The translations under genes were made by a program, and so were the position numbers. Source: Lingula anatina (Eukaryota > Animalia > Brachiopoda). From it: a stretch of DNA of 64,000 nucleotides. Below the pieces are notes generated by a model that was given only the letters and a program-made list of their open reading frames with translations, was not told the origin of the DNA and did not search any database. The stretch covers positions 17,360,001 to 17,424,000 of the forward strand of contig CM120646.1 of assembly GCA_051362555.1 (NCBI GenBank), given 5' to 3'. Below, in pieces: positions 26,876 to 40,913 of the stretch. Every line of letters begins with the position of its first letter. The stretch's first letter is position 1.

Positions 26876-28654
26876 ACTTCCCTAAAAAGATAAAATATAT
26901 CATTTTATATGTACGTGAATATGTAAAATTTTGATTCACTCGAGTCCCGTATACATGGTATATTATTAAGGACCTGGTCTGTTGTGCGTTAGACCCCCTT
27001 TACACGGTACGCAACATTTGTGCGACTGTGGAACTAGCCAGAACGACGTGTCGGGCTCAAAGGAGGTACGGTGTTCGCTAAAATCGCACAAGGGTGCAAA
27101 ACAGGATGTTCTGACGCCACGCGACTGAAGCCCATACACTCGTCATCACCTACGCCACTTTTCGTGATAAAATAAGGGATGGAGTCGTGCCCAATACCGA
27201 TTGCTATCTCAACTCAAGATAAAAAGGTGTTAAACGCACGATTAAAGGTACATACGAACCGAGCATCGGTGGAGCGTGGTTTCCATGTAAACCACTTCTA
27301 CTAGATTCTTATATGACTCAATTAAATTCGACATGCCAAGGGATAAACTGAATAGATCACTCGATCAGCCATAAAAGACCTTTAGACTGCTCCTTTCTTA
27401 AAATTTTTGGTTGTAAATTTAACCTACTTTCGTGACCTACTTTCCTGCCCCATTGACATACCTGTACAGCTTAGAATGCCAGCAGAAAAATCCGTTGAAA
27501 CATCATTTTCGGGTAAAATTAAACAATGCCTTTCGGTAATTCTCTTAGTTATATTACTTGAAACTATATGCTGGCATTTTGTTGGTTTTTGTGACAAAAA
27601 ATTGACTTTGTATGCATATTTAACGTCTTGAAATAAAACGCCGATATTTTATATTTTCGGGGTATTTTTTATTTTTTTACAGCACTGCATTATTAAATAA
27701 TTAGATGCAGGAAAATCTGTATGATCTTAAACCCTTTTAGAAACCTTAACTTTTGCTATTGTACCCGGTATGATATAATATAATATAAACATTTTTTCAG
27801 CTGTGCGTATAGGAAAATGCCTGGGTAATGCTATTTGTAATTAATGATTGACGGAAAGAGGCTCACTAATGGACAATGTGTCGTGTTCGACATAAGAGCC
27901 ATAAACATATTTTCATTCATAACACATCGTCGTTAAGAAGATACAGTTTTTACCAAGGATAAAAAGAGAGGTTGACAGATCTTTTTACAAGTAAACTTAT
28001 ACAAAACTTGGACCCATTAAAATGAATGCAATGACGAATAAAAAGTTTTATTCCCCATAGGAGTAACGCAGCATTCTCTAGTGACACGAATTACTAGATG
28101 ACAGTCATTATTTTTTCACCTTTAAGGGCAAACGGTTATATCAAGAACAAATTAGGATGTCCCATTTTATAATGTTATAAATCCCATGAACACAGTTTAT
28201 TGATAAAAGCCGAATTAATTTCTTTGCTATTAAAGTCTTAATGGCATATATGTCCAAATTAAATGTTTGAATAGCTTTATGTAGTCTCACTTCGTATCTA
28301 CAAAACACATACAGGAGAATAGTGTTGATATTATGTGCACTGGTAAGCGAAGTAGAGACAGAAAATGATATTTCCAACAAAATCGGTACTGAAATAGATA
28401 CTCCACCGGGTTTTTGAAGGAAAATAACAGTCATAATTCTTTCGCCTGCATCCACATTTGAGATCGGTAAAAGATGCTTGAAAAGGTGATAAAAGGAAAT
28501 ACGTGCATGTGACGCCATCCAGGTTTTCAGTTCGCTCTTTATCACCCCATTCAGTTTTGCAGAAAACTGCTACATCTTCGTTGGCACTTAACACGAAACA
28601 GTTTGTCTTTGAATTTCTCTTTCTACCCTTTTTTCTTTTTTCGTTTTCTTTCTT

Positions 28655-28688
<34 letters not shown>

Positions 28689-30221
28689 GTCAAATTTTGT
28701 TTTGAGTTGGTTAGATCTGTTCAGACCTATGGTACTGGGAAATGGAATATATTTCTTTTTTTTAAATCTCTACCTTATCCTTTTCTAGATTTGTGATTTT
28801 CCTACACACTCCAGTCCATAAAATAAAAATAAAAGCTGGTAAAAGAAAATAACCGAATGAAAGACGGGTACTTGAAAGAGAAAAGGTACATGTAGTATCG
28901 TTGTATTTGAGTAGGGGTTTTGAAAAATGGTCTCGTTAAATGACCAAATCTCTGTGACATTAGGATAAATGAGCAAACTTGTGAACATGCTTATACTCGG
29001 CTATTTGAAAGAGAGAACTTAGCACCGTTGACAAAGTTTTGATTCTCAATGTAGCAGATAGTTGATCTGCACACAAATAATCTGACAGGGATATTCAGGG
29101 AAACTCGAGTTTGATTATTATTTAAGATATATTATATCTTTATTTGTGAAAAAAAAATATATATATTAACGACTGGGTGTAGCTTAACGGGTGATAATGA
29201 CTCATCACAAATGATTACTTTCAGTGATCTAGTTTTCTCCTTACTACTCAAATATTGAGAAGCATTGAAAATTGTTCTTAATTCCCAAGTAATTTCAAAG
29301 TGTAAGGAATAGTTTCTTTCATCAAAGGAAATAACACATATGCCTCACAGCTAATTTCGCGTTGTGTCCTGTGAAGTTGTTGTAGATATCTTTGCAAGCT
29401 GTGGGTTAGCCAAAATCTAGTTTATAATACTCCCGTGCATGCCTTTTTTGGATAATAAATAACTCTTAAGTGATCATTGACAAAATTTCTTAGCATTTAC
29501 ACAAATGTCATCTCACCGATGACGTCATGATTAAAATATTAATTCAAGGGGATAAATATGCAAAATCGGTTTCTCAAATGTCTATTTATCTCAGCACCCA
29601 CGAACACCATTTCAACGCAAATTAAATGAAACTTCTCGTACACTTGATCATAAACCCTTTGAGTACTTTTATATTGGTGTACAAAATTGTTGCATAATAT
29701 AATATAATATAATATAATATAATATAATATAATATAATATAATATAAAGAGCGCATATAGGTAAATGCCTAAGTAATGCTATTTCTAATTAATGATTGAC
29801 GAAAAAAGAGGCTCACTAATGGACAATGTGTCGTGCCAGACATAAAAGTAATAAAGATATTTCATGAGGTCATATTATATAACGTGTCATCGTCGAAGAG
29901 TTCTTGAGTAAAATGACGGCTTCTTTGTACAGCACCGATTTAAAGCAATTAACTCTGCAAATTAAAATAATCAACATTTGTATTTATCGCGTCATTGACG
30001 CTTAGTTAGTTTGATATAAGGAGAGCGCTCGAGAGAGTGAGGAGAGAAGAACACTAAGAACTCGGACGTAAATACGGACAGTTAAGAGTTGTAGATTTCA
30101 CTTAGAACATGAAGTTACAGCACGAGCGTCCACAAATAAACCGTTTAACTGGTCATTATGTGGACTTGGGGTTTTCTTTGTGCGACCGTACGTAAATCTG
30201 ACACGAATCGTGGATTCTTAA

Positions 30222-32351
30222 GGCCGGTGATAGTAAAAGGACCAAAGTCATAGAAACAAAGCCCTGGGCTTATAAGTTTTTATAAAAAATTAAAACAAAC
30301 TTCCCAAAAGGCCAATTAAAGACGGGGATTAAGTACAGTGTCCAACGGATGACGCTCTGGCGCCAATTTGAGGGGGAAAATGCCGTTTTCGGTATTGGGA
30401 TTTTCTCTATAACCAAGACAGCTATTCAAGTGATTCAAAAGGCCTCATAAAGCTGGGTGAAAGCACTTCAGCGCGGTACCAGGGAATTGTCTTAAACTAT
30501 TTACTTTTGATTTTATCATCTTTTACGTTAAATTACCCCATATTTCAATGGCTTATTCACTTCAAAAGGCGATATCTTTCAAACAAACAATTTTCTCTTA
30601 AACCCCTGATATCATGCTGTAGTCCACATTCCTAACAACAATAGGTGCAACTTTTGTAACGATCGGTTGCTCAGATAGTGAGATATACTTGGCAGCGATT
30701 CACTTATCTTGTCAATATAGAAAGCTGTTAAAACAGCCAAAAACGTTCACAGGTTGGTTAACAGGGCTTATTAGTCAAATGCTTAGCTGGCAAATTTACC
30801 TGTTATCGGTTATACGATCAGCTGGAACCATTGCTTATTGTCATCTAAAAATATTTTGTTTGGGTGCTTTGAAGGGGCAGAAAATCGTGCTTTTGTTACA
30901 TTTTCCGACCACTCGTTAGGCATGTAAGCGTGCCGCCATTTTGATTGACAGCTCTGGAGAGGGCCCTAGCCTTGTGATGCCCAGTAGGGTGTCAAGGATA
31001 TGTAGAAGGAAGCGCAAACAAAGGCGATTACGTTTAACCGCAATTAAGAGGTGTGAAGTCGCATTTGAACGTTTCAATGGCTCTTCCTCGGCAATCGAGT
31101 AATTTTACCTGAGAGATTCCTTCTTTGTTATCGGCAAAGTGATCAGATAAAACTGTGTCGAGAGCAAGTGTCCGTCACTTGTGTTGATACGAGTTTTTTG
31201 ACGGGTAACGCTGCAGGATTATTTTGCACGGCACTTGGTAGTCGTCAGATCAACGGAAAAATCCAGTGATTACTTCAGAGCGGTCTCGCTCAAAATGCCA
31301 GCTAAGATAAAGGGGAGACGCTCAGCTGCACAAGATTCAGCGGTAAAAGTGGCTGAGAGAAGGCTTTTGAATAAATATTTTATTTTTACACACATGACAC
31401 TTAGACCCTATTTGCTTTTTACCTGCTAGCCTTGACTATTCTCGGGGTCTTTTTGTGATTTTCATTTTTGGACACTTGAACTCTTTCTTCCCGCTTGATC
31501 AGTGATTTTGAAATTGTTTTTCTCCAAATATCGCAAAATGCAAAGCCGCTAACATGCGTTTTTATTTTTATTGTTTTAATCATGCTGTCCAGCTTTGCTT
31601 GGATTTCTCTTGTTTGGCCATTCAAATCACAATTTTTCGCGTGTCTCTCAAGCTCCATGATATCATATCTTGGAGAATAAAATTTTATTTTGTCAACATT
31701 AGATTTACCTTTTGCAAACGGCGACCAACAATCATTTCCGGTTTCGTAACGTGTCGCAGATACGCTCGACGATATATATCGTAAAAATTAAAGGCTAGGC
31801 TAAAAGTATCCTTTTTTAGCTTTTTTTATTTATGTTTTTATCGATTTTTCTTTCATTTGTCAATTAATTTAGACGTTTCGATTAACTCTTTCACCCATTT
31901 ATTAGGTATACAGAAATCAGTCATCCGATTGAACAAATAGGGCCGGTTTTCCCCAACCGCCACGCATAGGCCTTACTCTCAAAATTTTCCCTCTTTCCTC
32001 TGGAAAGGGACTTTTAACACGAACTTTTCTCTTCCCCATAGTGTACTAGCTAGACTTCTTCGCTGCTAAGCTGATGTAAGACTTATGACCTATTACCGCA
32101 CACGTAATCGGCTTATAACTCATTAACTGTGCTCCGACCCCCTCATGGCAACGGCCCTTAGTAACAGAGGCGTGGCTTAGTTGTCAGCCTGACTGGGGCG
32201 CGTGCCGGTTGAAAAACTCATCAAAAGACGCATTTTGCGATGCAAATTCATAAAAATTATTACATCCAACGTTAGATACTTTTTTGATTAATATAAACAC
32301 ACAAAAAACTCAAAAACACGATTTTAAGCGTATTTAACCCTATCACCGGCC
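30222..32351. mobile_element. 2.13-kb TTAA-specific DNA transposon, Kolobok-like, non-autonomous or degraded
   Basis: TTAA-GGCCGGTGATAG ... CTATCACCGGCC-TTAA. Purine termini fit Kolobok rather than piggyBac (CC termini). Absent from the paralogous site in unit 1 (~12251). No long ORF. Confidence 0.85.
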
Positions 32352-32859
32352 TTAAGATTGCGTTATGCACTAAATATAAGTCGAAAACCAAATGTCCAAT
32401 TTGGGCACACATTGAATTAGGCGTACTTAATTCATATGTGCAAAGAACATTTTTTTCTGTATGTAAAAAGGTTCAATACAAATTACAGATTTTTCAAACA
32501 TCGACTTGTCCATCCGTTATTATGACAGAAAAAATAACTTTCCAAAAACAAGCCGGAGTTAAACGCTTTAGATTTCAGTCTGTAATCTTTTTAAAAAGGC
32601 AGATAATCTATCGTCATTTCCAAATTTGCATTTTTTCTTAATTACTCTGCCGATCATAATATGTTATGATATTCATAAATCCCCTGAAAATTTTGAAAAA
32701 TTGTGAAACGTGACTGTTTTACCCCAAGTATATGCCTTCAGGGACACTTAAACCTCCACGTAAAATGATTTTAACGCTAATCTCATCTACAAATAATGTT
32801 TAATCATACCTTGTCAACTTTTTGTCCCTTTACTTTGTCATCGCAGTTAAGTTTACTTC

Positions 32860-34198
32860 ACTGTAAGGCCACCGGCCTTTTTACAATAATTTGTTAATCA
32901 TTAATTTCTATAATTGCGCATTACATTATACATTTCCCTTGTCCATTTCTAAAAACGACTTTCATCTTATTTCTGCTTTTGTCAAATAATTCGCAATTTT
33001 TCTTAAAACTCTAATACTTTCTGATTTCTTCAATATGATAAATAATTCATATGAACCCAATTTCCAATTACAAATATCCGATAAGAAATTATCCCTTAGG
33101 TCGCTATAATGAGGACATTCTAACAAGAAGTGTCTTTCGCACTCGCACCTCGCACCTCCCAATTACAACACTGACAAATTTTCTGATCCCTAGACGTACC
33201 ACTATGTCTATCTTTTTCAATTTCAATTTCAAGTTGATGATTTGAACATCTGAATCGCGCTAAAACTGATATACAGCTAGCTTTATCAAATACTGTAATG
33301 TATATATGGCTCAGTAATGAGATCACGCTTAAATAACTTATGAGCCGGAACATCTAGTTTCATACGACTGGGAGTCAATATCCATGCACCTTTGATGAAA
33401 TTCCTTTATAAATGAACTTTCACTCCCCATTTCTTGATTAATCCAGGCTATTCCAATATCATACCCATATAACAGTTTCTTTACTTGTAATGCCAAGCAA
33501 TCTTTATCGTTTTCTGTCATATTATACAGCCACACGTAACACGCTTTAATAAGCCTATTTCAGGTGCTTTCATAAGCTTAAAAAGATAACAACTCTTCGT
33601 ATGAGATCTATATTTCACAATAAAAACCTTGTGAATAACTCATAGAATTATAATATATTCCGTTTTACGACAAAAACATCAGTTATAGCTATTATTCTGA
33701 TATCTGAGCTTGTCTTCAGATCACGCGACCTCCATTGATGGCTATACTCGGTTATAATCTCTTAAGAGATTTTAACAAAAAAAACAAACTTTTTAGAAAA
33801 AAAAACAAAGACTAACTTTGAATGTCAAAATGGATTCATTAACCATTGGTAAGTATGGGAAAATTGTTGTTTACTCCAGGAAAATTCATTTTTTGGTCAA
33901 AACGAAGAGTTATTATCCCTTTAATTATTTTCACCAAACGCCCAACCATTAAAGTATTTTTCCTAATTCACCCCTTGCCGCTACGTTAGACGCATTTCTT
34001 CTTATTACATTAAATTTTCAGAATTTATTCTGTACAATTTCTGCGTCTTGCCCAGGATGCAAGCCCCATACTTTTGCCCCATAGTTTGAAATAGGCACTA
34101 TCTTTGTATCAAAAACTTTTAGCCAGCAATCAACCTTGATTTCACCAAATTTACTCATATGCTTTGTTACGCGCCTAGTTCTCAAATCCAAGCAGTGA

Positions 34199-34229
<31 letters not shown>

Positions 34230-34240
34230 ACAGACTGATG
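32860..34240 (-). mobile_element. Degraded RTEX-like LINE 3' end, paralogous copy
   Basis: ARFRCSNHQLEIE...QKICQCC, CERHFLLECPHYSDLR and KVFDTKIVPISNYGAKVWG appear in shifting frames. Confidence 0.78.
33582..33920. mobile_element. ~340-bp TTAA-flanked Kolobok-like MITE inserted in the LINE remnant
   Basis: TTAA-AAAGATAACAACTCTTCGT ... ACGAAGAGTTATTATCCCT-TTAA. Absent at the paralogous position (~13480). Confidence 0.75.
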
Positions 34241-37200
34241 AGTGTGACCAATAAAGGTATTTCTTACCTTTGATGGCACCGTAATTCTGCAAAACAACAG
34301 CTATTGGCTATGCAGCACCCAACCTCCGCCAAGGCAGTCGGCTCGTTTCCAAAACTTGGACAAGTGCCGTTTTAAAATAGCAAACCGAGTATTTATCAGA
34401 AGCAGAGGAAGCCCATGTCACGATTTCATGTCTGTTGGACGTAAAATAATTACGGCAATTACCACAATCAATCATCTGTACAGCCAAAGAGGTGACGTTC
34501 CTCGTAATTACGATAAAGTGTGCGTTTGTCATTGGACATCTGCCATCCCGTGAAGAGTTGGACAAATGCATAGACATAGTCACATAAAATAATTAAATGG
34601 TTAAGTGTAAGAATATCGATAGTTATTCTCATCAAGATAAACTTCCATTTTGCTATTAAAAGCAAATTATACATGTTAAGGTTAAAAAGTTTTAAATGTA
34701 CTCATAACGCTCTTCTCTGTATCATCAGCTTCAGGTAAATTTTACATTAATAATATTATGGCACGACAAACTAATGTTCCTAACGTCAACAATTCTTTAA
34801 TACAAACCAACCAACCAATACCTTGCTTTCTCTCTCCAATTCTGTAATAAGTTAAATTTACACTATGCCCATTTTACGTAAAATAAATATGCCATTTTTA
34901 TCTTAAAAATATATCCAAAAGAGTTACATGTATAAAACGGACATATCCATAATGACTGACCAAAAACCAGATTTTTTAATGACAATTCGAGTACTTGTTA
35001 AATTTAAATATCTACAAAAATTCTGAAAAGAATAAGTAATGTTGCATCTTGAAATGTAGATGTCCAGTTGCAGTTTGGTATAAGATATCAAAATCCCATG
35101 CGTTAATGCTGTTGACTTTGACGTTCAAAAGGAGTCTTCGATTGAAAGATTAGTTTTTACCAAGGATAAAAACAGACGGATCTTTTTTACGAGTAAACTT
35201 GGACGAAACTTGAACCCATTATAATGGATGCAATGAAAAGAAGCTTCATTCCCCCTAGGAGTAACGCAGCACTCTCTTGTGACACGTATGAATCCAATGA
35301 AGACAGTTAATTGATAAAAGCCGAATTCATTTTTTTGCTAAGAAAGTCTTAATGATATATATATATTCAAAGAAAATGTTTTAATAGCTTTTGTAGTCTC
35401 CCTTTGTGTCTACGAAACATACATGAGAATGGTGTTGATAATTATGCGCACTGGTGAGCGAAGTAACATTGAGACGGAAAGTGACATTTCCAACAAAATC
35501 GTTATGTCATCCACAAGATCCAGCAACAGGGTTTCTGAAAGAAATTAAAAGAAAAATAATAAAAACTGGGAATGTATGGCTATAACTTTTATCATCTTTA
35601 AACTTAAAATTAATGTTCAGGTAGGCGAATAGGTTAAGTACAAAGCAGCTTTTTTTGGACCAATTGGCATTTGGACTAAAAAGTGCAAACACTAAAACTT
35701 GTAAATAGTCCTCTCATTTCAAAATGCATCCACATTTGAGATCGGCGAAAAATACTTGAAAAGGTGATAAAAGGAAATACGTGCATGTGACGCCATCCAA
35801 GTTTTCAGTTCGCTCTTTATCACCCTCTTCAGTTTTGCAGAAAACTGCTACACCTTCGTTGGCACTTAACACGAAAAAGTTTCTTTCTTTGAATTTGTCT
35901 TTCTACCTTTTTTTTGTCAAATTTTGTTTTGAGTTGTTAGATTTGTTTCCTTTTTAATTTGTTTCTTTTTTAATCTCTATCTTATCCTTTTCTAGATTCT
36001 GGATTTTCCTACACATTCCAGTCCATGAAATAAAAATAAAAGGTGGTTAAACAAAATAACCGCGTGAAAGACGGGCACTTGATTCTTGAAAGAGAAAAGA
36101 TAGGTTTTTAAAAGATGGTATCGTTAAATGACCAATTCTCTCATTTACACTAGTACTATGATAATCGAGCAAAATCATGAACATGCTCAGACTTGGCTAT
36201 TTGAATAAGAAAACTTAGCACCGTTGACAAAGGTTTGATCCTCAGTGTAGATAGCTGATAAAGATCTGCACACAAATAGTCTGACAGATCCATCGGGTAG
36301 TTTGCAGTAATTTAAATAAGACTGCATTAGACAATGTATACATTAAAATAATTTTACATTGGACATATTATTATTATGTCCAAGTTTTACAGAAATATCT
36401 TAGAATTAGAATTATCTTAGAATTAGAATTTTATCTAATTTTCATTGTTAAAGAACTATACAGGGGTACTCATGATTAGCCTAGAACTTGAGTTTTATTA
36501 AATCTTTATTTGTGAAAAATATTAACGACTGAGTATAACTTAACGGGTGATCATGACTCGTAAAGGATTACTTTCAGTGATCTAGTTTTCAAGTTACTAC
36601 TCAAATATTGAGAAGCGTTCAAAATTGTTGATAATTTCCAATAATTTCCAAGTGTATACGTAAGGAATAGTTTCTTTTATCAAAGGAAATAACACATTTG
36701 CCTCATAGCTAATTTCGCATTTTGTCGTTTGAAATTGTTGATGCACATTTTACGACTAAATCTGTCGTGCCACACGCATACAAAAGTGAAGTCCGAATAA
36801 AACAGAATTGTTTGGACTAATTGGCAATTTTAAGTAAAATATGCATTGATCAAAACATTTCAATCCCCCTCTCAGAACAACATACACGCACATTTGAGAT
36901 CATGCAAGGAAACTTGAGAAGGTGCTAATTGGCAGTACGTGCACGTTCCTTATGTGTAGCGTCTTCCGTCTTTCCTGTTTGCTCTTCATTAGCACACTCT
37001 TCAGAAACTCGTAAAACTTCTGCGGCCTTCTTGTGACTTAGCACGACATTGTTTGTCTCTTCATTTTTTTTCAGGAGTGTGTCGGGGGGGGGGGGGGGGG
37101 GCACAGTATTGGAAAATAATTTGTAATTAATGTTTTGAATCTTTATTTTATTAATTCAATTACTGGAAGTTGAAAGATTTTGGTCTTTGTCTTAATGCAT

Positions 37201-38731
37201 GTACCGTGCATGATAAAATTCACCCATTGGAATAATGAGCATGCAAAAGAAGCTTTAGATAATATTTCACCCTTTAGAAGTTTAAATACTGTCCTTTGCT
37301 TCAAGATCCTTCAAGCCCAGTAATTCGTTAGATCTTGATTATAGGAAGCCCTTGTACGTCCACCTGCCGGGGCGGATTTGAATTTGAAATGACCAATCAG
37401 CTACGATTTATCTGATTGACATTTTAATTGATAGTGACAAGCATAAAAACCCGTGAGGCTAAATATTGAGAGGGGGGGTCTGATTTAAAGCTGGAAGAGA
37501 ATCTTTATCGTACCATGTAACTTTTGGCTTAGCAAAATATATAATCTGTTTTAACAGTCACAACATGGAGTCGTTTAATTTTTTTCAATGTGCAATGTTT
37601 AAGGCATAGAATCTGGGAATCTCCGTTGCAAAGATCGCGTTATCCCAAGAGCCCACAGTGCCCAGCCTTACACAGACAACACGTTTTGAAAATTTTTGAT
37701 AGAAATATGTTGGGCGATTCAAAAAGCTTCACTGAAAAAACATTGACAAAGATTTTCACAGTTGTTTATTTAGGATCATATTTTCGACACAGCAGCACCA
37801 GTGCACTCCAAATACACGGAGAAACAAAATATTGAGCACGTCTAAACAATCTATACATTTGAAGAAAAACTTCGGAGTTCTACATTTGGTTCTCTTTCAA
37901 ATTTACGTATGCATCTTTTTTATACGTGAACTGTTAAGGTGCATTTCAAGACATACTATGGCGGCCTATCGCAGTACCTAAGTTAAGCGTGTGATTACGA
38001 TCAGTTCACCGTACAATGTTAATCTACAATAGCATTGATACTGGCACAGGTACTCCCCGCTAAGTTAAACTATTCCAACTTCACGGGAAACCAAGAACTG
38101 CATAAAAAGAAATTTAGGACTATCCTTGAATACGTTTTTACTTACACATGTAATAGACTTTTATGAAGAGTAATATCTAATCATTAATATTTACCACCTG
38201 TTTTTTAAACATAATGAAAAAGGAGACGCCTTAAACACAGGTGCCGTCCTCCGACCCATTGTTGAAGCAATAATTATAACTTATTACACTGTACACGTAA
38301 AATTACAATAATATTTGTTGACCGATATCATATATATATACATACATACGTGAGAAGAAAAGCACTTTGCTCTAAACTGCTACTGAATGAGAACTTCATA
38401 ATTTTCTACTTGCAGAGTGGTGTCACATCCCAAGATAAAAAAAAATAATAATAATAAAAAAAAAAAAAAATAAATAAATAAAAAAAAATCTTTGAAAAAT
38501 GACAAAAACCATATGGCAACCTAGTAGTATTATCTTGGTCGCATTATTTTTATACCAATGTTTTAGTGCAGGTGCAGATGGCCTTATTTCGTCCAGGTGC
38601 AGATGGCCGTATTCAGAATATCTACAATATCAAACAAGTGTACAACCCTATAACATAGAGTACAAGGAGAAAAACAGACTAACTACTGCTTTAGAGGATA
38701 TTATTGTGAGGATATAAGTTCACATTTATGC

Positions 38732-38734
<3 letters not shown>

Positions 38735-38793
<59 letters not shown>
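38735..38793. repeat. (TA)n microsatellite
   Basis: Read directly. Confidence 0.95.
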
Positions 38794-38797
<4 letters not shown>

Positions 38798-39696
38798 GCA
38801 ACAGTCAGCGAAACTCACTGCAATTTACTGCATTGTTATTCGACTTGTACCTGAAACAAGTCTTATTTCTATTGAAAGTAAGCTTTATCCTACACACTTG
38901 TGACTAGAAAACATAATCTAATATGGTAAGGCTAGTAAACGTTAATTCCTTGAGATAAGATATACTACAATTGGATATTACACGTTTACTTGTACTACTG
39001 AGCAAAATAACTACTAAATTGTATGTGTAATAAATGAGCAGCTTGGGGTGGTTAATAAAAAACCCTTATGATCAAATGAAAATTTGACAATGTAAAAAGG
39101 GATGTAATAAATACTACAATGAACAGTTATATACATTGATCATACCCCAATCATGTTATATGTACTACTCTCCATATCAAGCACAATTTATACTGGACAT
39201 TGGACAAAAGTTCTACATATGTTTGAAAGTATACTTTGAAGCAATAGGGATAAATCACCAAAATGATTCATGGAGTTCTAGTAGAGAAAAAAAAAGTTAT
39301 ATAGAATCCCTTGGGGCATAAAAATGCCTTGTACTGTAATTTGCAAAACTCTTTTCATTGCATACATTTCTAATATAACCTTCCACTTGAAATGAAGTTG
39401 CTTGTATGATCATAACAACATCACAATCAAATAAAATGTACAGCAGATATTCTTAACTTCACACAATGTCTTGGTTGATTCTAAATTTCAAATCAAAGAG
39501 TAATTACCATGCAGGGGAACATAATATGCACAAAGAAAATGTCAACAGCTTTTACTAGTACACTGTATGTCCTTGAACAATACCAATAAAATCACTGTGG
39601 CACAAACTATGCACCAACGAGATCTAACAGCATCATCACGAGAAAGAGAAGAGAATGGCTCAGTGACCCAGATGCCACTTTCGAAATAAGCATCCA

Positions 39697-39699
<3 letters not shown>

Positions 39700-39736
<37 letters not shown>
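39700..39736. repeat. (TG)n microsatellite
   Basis: Read directly. Confidence 0.95.
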
Positions 39737-39739
<3 letters not shown>

Positions 39740-40913
39740 ATGCATGAACCTACTAATAAACTTATTTACCTGAAAGGAACCAATATTAGTAGCATTATAT
39801 GCAGACAACTTACAGTACAATGTTCCAAACTCCATGTTCAGTACTTTTTGATGTAGAAAAATGTTTAACATCTTGTCAGTTACATAAAAGGATAGCAGTT
39901 TTCAGCATCATTATCTGCATCTTTTTAATGAACATGATTTGTACATTATTAAATCGAGTTAACTGTTACCAATTAGCATTGACAGTATCACAATCAACAC
40001 TATCTACATTTTATGACACCGTACAAGTGTATAACCAGTAACATTCTCATGTTGAGTAACACACTCTTAAGTTCCTCATAATTATTTTCACAGCAAATGT
40101 TATCACAATGGGGACCCACGACACAAAAGGGAAAAAAGTTCACATCACTACAAACTTAAATGGAAGCTTACTAAATAACATCACCTGATTAGAAAACTAC
40201 TCTTGCCTATGTCACATCTCATTCAAACATGTCTGGCAACAATAGTCCGCCCATTTACTGCCAATTTTATCTACGTGTGCCCACACTCTTGGACCCAAAT
40301 TAATTAATATAAAAATAAAATTAAAATAAAATTAAACATTCAGTCTTGTGGCTGATTTCACCAGATTACGAAATACACAGATTGTGATAAATAACTTCAA
40401 AGAATGATTGTTTATTTGCTTAACAAATGTTTCCTAGTAAATATCTATTAACTTAAACTACAATTCACACCTACTTTATCAGACTTAAGCACCTGAATTA
40501 ACTAAAACACACCTGAATATTTGATTGTTAATGTATTATTTTACGGAGGGGTGCAAGTGGACCTTATGCTTTGATACCCATTTCATAATAAATATGTACA
40601 TACACCATAAATAAATAAAAAAATGGATTTTGTACATCTGGGAAAAACAAAACTACAAAGCCTAGAATGCATTTTTTGTGTCTTGGAGTTGCATAATTGT
40701 CCATGGTTCCAAGTCTGAGTAAGTGATGGCAAAGTTCAGGGGTTGTACATACACTGAAAGCTGTACATTAACATTCAAATGGATTACTTTTTCACCATCA
40801 ACATTTATTTTTACTAACCAGCAACTGTTTTGCTGTATTACAGTGACTTAACCTCATACAACGCACTGAAAAAAAAAGCAGAACATCTTAGTTCCTGACA
40901 AACTCTTCCTGGT

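Larger units (their letters stand above)
27945..37070. repeat. Three degenerate copies of the same unclassified repeat in unit 2 (~27945-29400, ~35155-36780, ~36790-37070)
   Basis: Core CATCCACATTTGAGATCGG at ~28448 and ~35727, with a diverged version at ~36890. Confidence 0.75.
18049..37667 (+). repeat. Tandem segmental duplication, unit 2 (~19.6 kb)
   Basis: Colinear with unit 1. It is longer because of unit-specific insertions at 23967-24754, ~26963-27635, 30222-32351 and 33582-33920. Confidence 0.95.

Noticed and set aside
38499-38717. 72-aa ORF with a signal-peptide-like start
   Set aside because: It lies between an A-rich tract and a (TA)n tract, is partly built from a short local direct repeat, and has no other support.
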